Source: Nitrosopumilus sp.
GTDB lineage: Archaea; Thermoproteota; Nitrososphaeria; Nitrososphaerales; Nitrosopumilaceae
DNA: 64,000 nucleotides
NCBI GenBank assembly: GCA_965214775.1
Contig: OZ243974.1
Location: 1,984,001-2,048,000, forward strand
Reading direction: 5' to 3'
The notes under the pieces were generated by a model. The model saw only the letters and a program-made list of their open reading frames with translations, was not told the origin of the DNA and made no database searches. Each line of letters opens with the position of its first letter. Positions within the stretch are counted from its first letter, which is position 1. Below, one piece after another: positions 56,101 through 64,000 of the stretch. Both the position numbers and the translations under genes were made by a program.

Positions 56101-59100
56101 GAAGGATGGCACAGTCCGGTACACCCGGATAACAGTGCAGGATTGGCATGGATCGAGGGATGGGCATTTTTTATGACAAATGCGTATTCTGGCACTCCGA
56201 CATACCAGCCAAGCTACATGGCAGGCCAGTGGAATTTTGAAACACGTACCCACAACGAGGTAAATGATGTTCTCTTCAGAGACAGGCCGTTTGTAACTGG
56301 CATCACGGGCGAGGGAAACGTGGCAGCTGCCCTGTACGATGCGTTTGATTCGACCAATGAGGCAGGAGACGACAGGCAAGGCCAACTCGCCAACATCTGG
56401 AATACGATGACCGACAGCCTGGAATCAGACGAGGACATAATCGCGGCGGACTTTTTTGAGTTCAAGGACGACTGGGATGACTCAGGGCATCCAAGCTTGG
56501 ACTCCATCTACACGCTAAACACGATGAACCCCCATACGGTCTCAGACGACATGCTGTCGGACACATTTGACAACCTTGATGCGTGGACGGAGATGGGGGA
56601 GCCTAACTGGCGCATCGGGATGCCCGACGAGGGAGGGCATCCCCCTGTTCATGCTGCAGCGAACATGGTTGCAAAGGCAGACGACTGCGACTTGGGATGC
56701 ACGATCATCCTGACGGACGGCATAGACCTCACAGGGCACAGCTCTGCTACTCTGTCGATGTATCGCTACGTCGACGATGCGCTTGATTCTGGCGAGTATC
56801 TGAAGGTCGACGCAAGCTCCGACGGGGGCATGACATGGACCAACATCTTCACGTGGAGCGGGAATGCAGACGATGACGACACATGGCATTTGGAGTCATA
56901 TGACTTGGCAGGCTATCTGACTTCCACCGACTTTAAGGTCCGCGTAGTGGCCAAGGCGAGTAGCATCTCCGAAGACGTGATGATCGATGATTTCACAATA
57001 GGACCATCGGATGATGGTGGTGATAACGGCAATGGTGGTGGTGGTGGTGGATCATTGGACACAACCCCGCCTGCTATAACCGCGCCTGCAGATGTCACGG
57101 CAGAGGCCACCGGCGCGCTGACTGTGATATCCATAGGGCAGGCCACGGCCACCGACACTGTGGATCCAGATCCGGCAGTGACAAACGACGCCCCGGAGTC
57201 ATTTCCTTTAGGCGATACCACAGTAACGTGGACAGCCACGGATGACTCTGGCAACGCGGCGACGGCCGCCCAGACCGTGACGATACTGGACACGACACTG
57301 CCGAGTATAACCGCACCTCCAGATGTCACAGTCGAAGCCACTGGTACACTGACTGCCGTACCCATAGGACAGGCAACTGCATCCGACATTGCCGATCCCG
57401 CCCCGGCAGTAACAAATGATGCGCCAGAATCGTTCCCCTTGGGGGACACGACAGTCACATGGGTCGCCACGGATGACTCTGGCAACGCGGCGACGGCCGC
57501 CCAGACCGTGACGATACGGGATACTACACCGCCCCGGATCGCCGCACCTGCCGATCACACGGCCGAGGCTGCCGGCATGATGACGGTTCTAAATGCCGGC
57601 GACTATGGGACTCCCACCGTGTCTGACATTGCGGATCCCAGCCCCACAATCACAAACGACGCACCGGAATCGTTCCCTCTAGGCAACACGACAGTGACAT
57701 GGACTGCAGCCGACTCTTCGGGCAACGCGGTGATGGCCGCCCAGACCATAACCGTTCAGGATACAACACCGCCTGCCATCTCCGGCCTGCGCAACATAAG
57801 CGTGGATGATCCGGTGGGCCGCGGAATGGCAGTCAGCTACGATGCGCCGACTGCCGCCGACCTCGTGGACGGGGCCGTGGCAGTATCATGCACGCACGAG
57901 TCCGGATCGACGTTTGCGCCCGGATTCACCGAGGTATCATGCACGGCGACAGACGGCTCTGCAAACTCGCTGCGGGACTGGTTTATCATACATGTGGACG
58001 CCTCAGACGCCATCCTGGACGTCTCGCAGACCGTGAGCACGGGCCGGTCCACGTGGAGTGTCACGGGCCCGGACAGGATATTCGCGGGGCAGACCTTCGA
58101 GTATACCGTAACCCTTGAGGACGGGGCGAGGCCCAGGGAGGAGGCCCTTGCCGTGTACAGTGCTGCGCCGGATACGCGGTACCTCGGATGGCATGATCCC
58201 GATGCAGACTGCCAGACTATATTGTGCGCGGGGTTTCCCGAACAAAAGCATAACACGTACAAGATAGCCAGTGACGAGGACTCGCCGTATACTGCCATGC
58301 ACAACAAGATGAAAAAGTCCAGATCCAGCCACACCATACTGCTGCAGCCGGCAGCCGACGCGCCGGCGGGGGCGCAGGCCACAGTAGGCATGCTGGATGC
58401 CAGCTACAACCCGAGGGGCGGCATACCGGTAACTATGCTGCCGTCGTCCACGAAGACGATACCGGATGGGGACACCACCTGGAGCGTAAAGGGCCCGGAC
58501 AGGATATTTCCCGGACAGACCTTCGAGTATACCATAACCATCGAGGAGGGCCCAAGGCACCAGCATGATGCCCTTGCCATATACAGCAGCTCGCTTACCG
58601 TCGATGACTTTGGTGGATTCGAGGAGGGTTCCGGGTGCAGCACGACCGTATGCACGGACTTTCCGGGACAGCGGCGCCGCACGATGGAGCTTGACAACCA
58701 CGCAGGCTCCGCGTACGACGTGAGGTATCATACGATCAACGCGCCAGGATCCCAGTATACGATACTGCTGAGGACCGCCGACGACGCAGACGCAGGAGGC
58801 ACGTTCAGGGTAGGGGTGGTGGATGGGGATGGGATCCCCATTGGCGGCATGCGGGTTATGATCACAGATCCCGTGACCGTCACGGGCCCCTATGAGGAGC
58901 TCGTGGCGGGCCTGTCCTTTGAGGGCAACCTGGCAGATGCGACGGGGGACAACAACGGCACGGCGGCCACAGGGGATGTCACGTACGTGCCGGGCAGGAT
59001 AGGCAGGGGGCTGCAGCTTGACAACTCCTCTCATGTAGTCCTTGCAGAAGAGGCCGACTTTGACTTTGGGCGGAGCGACCCGTTCAGCATGGCGTTCTGG

Positions 59101-59553
59101 CTCAGGCAGGATGTGCCTCAGACTGCCAGATCCATGATCCTCTCCAAGGCAGAGTCGTTTGGCCGTCCTGGCGCATATGTGTTTGTGTGGGACGGGGCGC
59201 CCAACAGGGTCCTGCTCCTGCTGTATGGAAACTCTTCTTTCATAAACGTGCACACACCGCAACACCTGAACATGTCAGACGGTGCCTGGCGCCATATTGC
59301 ATTCACGTACGACGGCTCGGGCGCCAAGGAGGGCCTCAACGTATACGTGGACGGCGAACACCGGGACTATGACCACTTCCGCAGGGGCGCGGGGCTGACA
59401 GGCAACATGACAAACGACCATGCGTTTACCATAGGGGCATCCGGCCTGGGGGAGTACGGCATATCCGATGCGGCACTTGACGAGCTGCGCGTGTACGATA
59501 CCGAGCTGTTGGCCCGGCAGGTGCGGCTGCTGCATGCGGCAGGCCTCGGCTAG
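53188..59553 (+). pseudogene. large secreted protein (HExxH motif, HYR-like repeats, duplicated domain, LamG-like C-terminus) split by IS630
   Basis: signal peptide; IAHEFAH; DTTPP..FPLGDTTVTW repeats; WRHIAFTYD..LDELRVYD. Confidence 0.85.
54454..55588 (-). mobile_element. IS630-family element (family C); intact transposase 54460-55503
   Basis: ends TAGTATC / GATACTA; GDES, DNASYH, APELNNSE. Confidence 0.9.
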
Positions 59554-59910
59554 CTTGTGCGATCACGGCGGGCCCAGCCTGCGACAGGAGTTCGTACCGG
59601 CCGGTAAGGATTCTCGAGGTGCTTCATGATCAGACGCACCTGCAAACGGACGATGACACTGAAGGGTCTGTGACTGCCGGCATGCACCACAGGCGGCACT
59701 GCCTGCCGGGGCCTTTGCCACCGTGCCTTCCACGCGGTATCTTCCGGAGGGGGCAGGACTCTTGTCGCGTATTGGTAGAACGCAATCCAAAACAATTTTA
59801 AGCCGACGCATCCCTTGATACGGTGAGCATCTTGATGGGATCCAAACGTGTGGGGGTTTCATCGCCTAGGTGTGGTAAACCGTGTCACATTTGGAGCCAT
59901 TTTTCTGGGA

Positions 59911-59926
59911 ACTTCTGGGAAGACTG
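59911..59926. repeat. solo ISH3 family-2 TIR
   Basis: ACTTCTGGGAAGACTG. Confidence 0.75.
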
Positions 59927-59969
59927 ACTTATCTTCTACAGTTATTAACAGATCACGCATAGGTAATCT

Positions 59970-60656
59970 GTGAAAATTGAAAACCTTAGAATCATAGTAG
60001 ATGAAAGAGAACGTAAAAGCGGAATTCCCGAACTTTTAAAGTCCGTCGGGCTAAACCTTGAGATGAAGACTCTGCCCATTGGGGATTACATTGTTGCGCC
60101 TGAAACGGTAGTCGAAAGAAAAAGCATTCGAGATCTAATGTCCTCTGTCTTTGACGGGCGCCTGCTTGATCAGTGCTCCCGGCTGAAGGAGCACTTTGAG
60201 CACCCTGTCGTGCTGATGGAAGGAAACGTGGATGAAATTGAGGAGATTGCCGAAAACCCGATGATCTTTTATGGCGCAATCTCGACTGTCGCCCTTGATT
60301 TCAGGATTCCCATAATTCCCACGCCGAGTGCGGATCATACTGCAAAATTGCTTGTTTCGATGTGCTTTCGAAAGGATGCCCCCAAAGGACCGTATCTGAA
60401 AAAAATTAAAAAATCATCTGACCTGCAAAGACAGCAGCTGTCCGTTTTGTGCAGCCTTCCTGGAATTGGGGAAAAATTTGCCGTCCGAATGCTGGAAAAG
60501 TTCGGAACCCCGCTGAAAGTCTTTACAGCTGCGACCTCGGAACTGGCCAAGGTGGAGGGATTAGGGAGCGTACGTGCCAAAAAAATCAGGAAGACGCTGG
60601 ACTCTAAAAGCAAACTCCGAAAAGAAATAAATCAAAAAACCCTTCACGATGCCTGA
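59970..60656 (+). CDS. ERCC4/XPF-family nuclease with HhH domains
   Basis: VDERE, GDY, VERKS, LPGIG. Confidence 0.9.
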   Translation: MKIENLRIIVDERERKSGIPELLKSVGLNLEMKTLPIGDYIVAPETVVERKSIRDLMSSVFDGRLLDQCSRLKEHFEHPVVLMEGNVDEIEEIAENPMIFYGAISTVALDFRIPIIPTPSADHTAKLLVSMCFRKDAPKGPYLKKIKKSSDLQRQQLSVLCSLPGIGEKFAVRMLEKFGTPLKVFTAATSELAKVEGLGSVRAKKIRKTLDSKSKLRKEINQKTLHDA

Positions 60657-61138
60657 TCCCTGAGCAGCTTTCTTCTCAGCGGATTTCCACAGACAGGACA
60701 CTCCCTTTCAGAGGAATGACTTGTTCTTTTGCATCCGGGGCAATAATGAACCCATTTTCCGACATCCTTGATTCCTGCAGTCATGACTGGGGAAATCCTT
60801 AGGCCCAGATTTCTTGCGACATTGGAAACGGCAAAATCGTCTGAGATGATTTCCCCGTTTGTTTCGATGCACAGTGCTATGATGGAAATGTCTTGCTTTG
60901 ACAACTGCTGAAAGTCCCCCGTATCCTTTGCCGCTTTTCTCGCAGCAGACGTTGAGTGACTGCCAGGCTCTCTGATCTTCAGCCTGTTTGCCTCAAGTAG
61001 TGTTCCTAACGCATCGTGATTTTTCTTGATGTGCTTGATCTCGTCATATACCAGTGATGTCGTCGTATAGCAGCCGCCAGATGATCTGAACGGAACCCCT
61101 GCATAAAATGCACTTGCATCTAAAATTTTAGAATCCAA
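60644..61138 (-). CDS. Nob1-like PIN endonuclease
   Basis: LDAS, LSKQD, SDD, CPGC..CPVCG. Confidence 0.88.
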   Translation of the reverse strand: MDSKILDASAFYAGVPFRSSGGCYTTTSLVYDEIKHIKKNHDALGTLLEANRLKIREPGSHSTSAARKAAKDTGDFQQLSKQDISIIALCIETNGEIISDDFAVSNVARNLGLRISPVMTAGIKDVGKWVHYCPGCKRTSHSSERECPVCGNPLRRKLLRDQAS

Positions 61139-61943
61139 GCTTGCTCATTTGCCGTAGCCCTCTCTTCTTTAACCGGATAAATACTGCGGGCTTTTTGTAT
61201 TTCTTAATGATGATTGGCTCCTCAAAATCAGCCGTCTTGATTACCTGGGCATCCATTACGATGCTGCAGTCATGCGAACAGATCACCTCGATCTTCTCAT
61301 CAGGAACAACGATTGATTCTAACCTGTATACTGGTGCCACCGGCGTGATTATCAACACGTCCAGACTCTCGTGCAGTATTGGCCCCCCCAGTGAAAACGA
61401 ATGTCCGGTCGAACCACTGGGCGTTGCAATGATTACCCCGTCCATTTTTTGTTTTACCGTGTCATTTTGAAACTTGATCTCAATCTCGGCAGTCTTGGTC
61501 AGGTTTGTCCTGCTGATGTAAATTTCATTCAAGGCCGGCGGAAACTCTTTTCCCCCGCACGATGCCACCACTCTTGTCCTTTTGTCCAGGAAAAACCTGT
61601 CTTTCTGAATCTGGTTTATGGCATCATCAATCCCGTCAATCGTTATTTCCGACAGGATTCCCCTGTTTCCCCCGACATTGATTGTCAAAATCGGCGTCTC
61701 ATTTTCCAAGTTTCTAAAGACCCGCAACGTTGTTCCGTCCCCTCCCAGCGTTACCACAAGGTCCAGTCTGACTCTTCTTAATTCCTCAAGTGTCTCCATC
61801 TTTTTTGCCCCTTCAACCTCGATTGGGGAAATGGTGTATACGGTCGATTTTTTAGAAAGGAACTTTTTAGCAACGTGCCTGGCTGCCTGCTCGGAATCCT
61901 TGGAGCCCACCTTGCTGACGACTGCAACTTTTTGTAGTTTCAA
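61128..61943 (-). CDS. nadK: NAD kinase
   Basis: GGDGT, LNE, DG..TPSGST. Confidence 0.92.
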   Translation of the reverse strand: MKLQKVAVVSKVGSKDSEQAARHVAKKFLSKKSTVYTISPIEVEGAKKMETLEELRRVRLDLVVTLGGDGTTLRVFRNLENETPILTINVGGNRGILSEITIDGIDDAINQIQKDRFFLDKRTRVVASCGGKEFPPALNEIYISRTNLTKTAEIEIKFQNDTVKQKMDGVIIATPSGSTGHSFSLGGPILHESLDVLIITPVAPVYRLESIVVPDEKIEVICSHDCSIVMDAQVIKTADFEEPIIIKKYKKPAVFIRLKKRGLRQMSKLGF

Positions 61944-62033
61944 GCAGTTCTTCTGATTCTTGTTTACATAAAAATGATATTTTTGAAAAATCCTGGAAAA
62001 ACAATTAAGTATGCAGGCAGATCTGTAAAAGAC

Positions 62034-62879
62034 ATGAGTTACGCACACCCTGAGGTGCTGACAGATACGGAGTGGGTTTCGCAAAACCCTCCAAACGGAG
62101 ACAGAAAGCTAGTTGAAGTGGACTATGATCCCGTAAACGGATATCAAAAGGGCCACATTAACGGCGCCAGTCTAATCTGGTGGAAGCGCGACATCAACGA
62201 CGCCGTTACAAGAGACATCATTAACAAAAGGCAATTTGAAGAACTGATGTCAAAAAACGGAATTGCCCCTGAAAGCGAGGTAATCCTTTATGGCGACTTT
62301 AACAACTGGTTTGCGGCATTTGCATTCTGGGTGTTCAAGTACTATGGACATGAAAATCTCAAAATTATGAACGGCGGCAGAAAGAAATGGGAACTGGAAA
62401 ATAGGGACTACACGACAGACGAGCCGCAGGTTGCAGCAACCTCTTACAAAGCGCAACCTCCCGACGAAGGATTGCGCGCATATCTGTTTGATGTGAGCAG
62501 GACTCTTGACAGGGAAGACACGGTAATGGTGGATGTTCGCTCGCCTGCAGAGTTTGCCGGACAAATTACCGCCCCGCCGGAATATCCGACGGAGCATGCG
62601 CAACGAGGCGGCCACATCCCTGGAGCAAATAACATTCCGTGGGCAACTGCAGTCAATGACGCTGATGGAACCTTCAAGGCTGTTGAGGAACTAAGACAAA
62701 ACTATGAGCCAAAAGGCGTTACTGCAGACAAGGACGTAATCTGTTATTGTAGGATCGGAGAGCGTTCTTCACACAGCTGGTTTGTCCTGAAATATCTTCT
62801 TGGATATCCCAAAGTCCGTAACTATGACGGTTCGTGGACTGAATGGGGCAACATGATAGGAAATCCCGTGGAAAAGTAA
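62034..62879 (+). CDS. thiosulfate/mercaptopyruvate sulfurtransferase (double rhodanese)
   Basis: GHIPGA, CRIGER, YDGSWTEW. Confidence 0.92.
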   Translation: MSYAHPEVLTDTEWVSQNPPNGDRKLVEVDYDPVNGYQKGHINGASLIWWKRDINDAVTRDIINKRQFEELMSKNGIAPESEVILYGDFNNWFAAFAFWVFKYYGHENLKIMNGGRKKWELENRDYTTDEPQVAATSYKAQPPDEGLRAYLFDVSRTLDREDTVMVDVRSPAEFAGQITAPPEYPTEHAQRGGHIPGANNIPWATAVNDADGTFKAVEELRQNYEPKGVTADKDVICYCRIGERSSHSWFVLKYLLGYPKVRNYDGSWTEWGNMIGNPVEK

Positions 62880-62880
62880 G

Positions 62881-63192
62881 TTGCTGCCAGACATTCCCGT
62901 CCTTGAGAAGGGTTCCTTCTATTTTGTCAAGGATGGTGGAACTGATTTCATTATGGAGGACAAGACCAAGCGGGGTCTTGCCGTCAAAGAGACGTCGATT
63001 GACGAGAAGCTTGGCGTAAGGGCTGACAAAGGAATGATCCATGACATGGACGGGATTGGGCACTGGGTTCCAATCAGATGGTACTTTTCAAAGGACTCTT
63101 TTGGTCTAAAACAGGTGTTGATTCATGCAGAGGCAATGGAAAAAAAATACGCAGAACTCAGGGAACTTACGTGTCCTGATGATGGCGACTGA
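62881..63192 (+). CDS. hypothetical protein
   Basis: ORF starting immediately after the sulfurtransferase. Confidence 0.7.
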   Translation: MLPDIPVLEKGSFYFVKDGGTDFIMEDKTKRGLAVKETSIDEKLGVRADKGMIHDMDGIGHWVPIRWYFSKDSFGLKQVLIHAEAMEKKYAELRELTCPDDGD

Positions 63193-63517
63193 AGCGATTT
63201 GAAGTTGGCATGTTCTGATGATCAAACGGGCACATGACTATGGCAAACCGATCCGAACGCCGGCAAGTGTACATGATTCATGAAACTGTTTGACAGATCA
63301 TCAAAAAACTCTGGACATTCAAGAAGATGTTTGCCGTAGTGCATACTGTTGAAGATCGGTTGTTTTTTAGCGAAACAGGCACAATGTGTAAAAATCATGA
63401 TCCACTTTTTTTTGATGTGTATAATACATAACACTCTGATTTGTCCTGTTAGGAGTTTCTGCACAGGCCACTTAGAATCATTGGTTTTTCCTTGCATTTC
63501 TGATTTGTCTGAATATA

Positions 63518-63628
63518 GTAACATCTCGGGCTCTGGAAGCTCAGGCACGAATTTTGCCATCAAAAGGGGCTGTTCAAACAGAATTTGTGCCTGAAATCAG
63601 GAACGGCTTCCAGAGCCCGATCAGTTAC
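63518..63628. mobile_element. 111-bp IS66-derived MITE (GTAAC family)
   Basis: TIRs; homologous to 51885-51995. Confidence 0.88.
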
Positions 63629-63687
63629 AATCTAAAAGACAAATGCAGGCAAAGGGAACCTGGCCGAAACTCAGAATAACCAAAAAA

Positions 63688-63948
63688 TCAACCCTTAAAC
63701 TCGGAAATCTCAATATCCATTCCCTCATCAAGGATATTGGATACGATCTTTTTAGTCGCCCTTATCTCATAGACCAGGTGGTCTTGGTTTTCCCTGATAA
63801 GACCCAGTCCCTCAGGCTTGCTTGCATTATCCATCTTTTCAGGAAGCACGTCCAGAACAATTTTTAACAGGTTGTCAAGATCCTTCTTTGTCCTTCCCTC
63901 AAGCGGCGTAACATCACCAGGTCCACCACCCCACAGGAAGAATCTCAC
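63688..63948 (-). CDS. hypothetical protein or fragment
   Basis: ORF only. Confidence 0.35.
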   Translation of the reverse strand: MRFFLWGGGPGDVTPLEGRTKKDLDNLLKIVLDVLPEKMDNASKPEGLGLIRENQDHLVYEIRATKKIVSNILDEGMDIEISEFKG

Positions 63949-64000
63949 ATTAATGGACAGATTCCTATCAAGGCAAAACCCCCTGATCTCCTCCAGGTTT

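Noticed and set aside
57055-57990. diversity-generating retroelement template/variable repeats
   Set aside because: ordinary in-frame HYR-like domain repeats; no reverse transcriptase seen in the window
58003-59265. long antisense ORF (and similar shadow ORFs over GC-rich genes)
   Set aside because: overlaps a well-supported gene on the opposite strand and has no recognisable motifs
1-64000. tRNA, rRNA, cas or TnpB genes
   Set aside because: none recognised by eye; a covariance-model and HMM scan would be needed to exclude them formally

Overview
Ammonia-oxidising archaeon (Nitrosopumilaceae-like, probably host/sponge-associated; inference from gene content and extreme IS load). Intact housekeeping blocks (ileS; korAB; cofE-hacAB/leuCD; rps9-rpl13-rpl18e-rpoD; SBDS-exosome-rpl37ae-pcc1-pfdB; XPF, Nob1, NAD kinase, sulfurtransferase) alternate with nested 'graveyards' of IS elements (ISH3/IS4, IS5, IS66, IS481, IS630, IS110/IS1111) and at least six MITE families. 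Main discovery: two divergent IS110/IS1111-type elements each carry, upstream of the recombinase, a bridge-RNA-like non-coding region with identical loop geometry. Their target guides are exact 14-nt matches to the terminal inverted repeats of two different ISH3-type transposon families in the same window, and both elements sit inside such a TIR with the 2-nt core duplicated. This suggests archaeal RNA-guided hyperparasites programmed against other transposons. Other notable items: an in-frame 99-bp MITE insertion in a transposase, an IS630 element with an apparent CG rather than TA target, IS481 elements with 13-16 bp target duplications, a TIR-bounded SNF2+SWIM cargo unit, two secreted-protein/small-ORF pairs with a shared leader, and an IS-split giant secreted HExxH/HYR/LamG protein.
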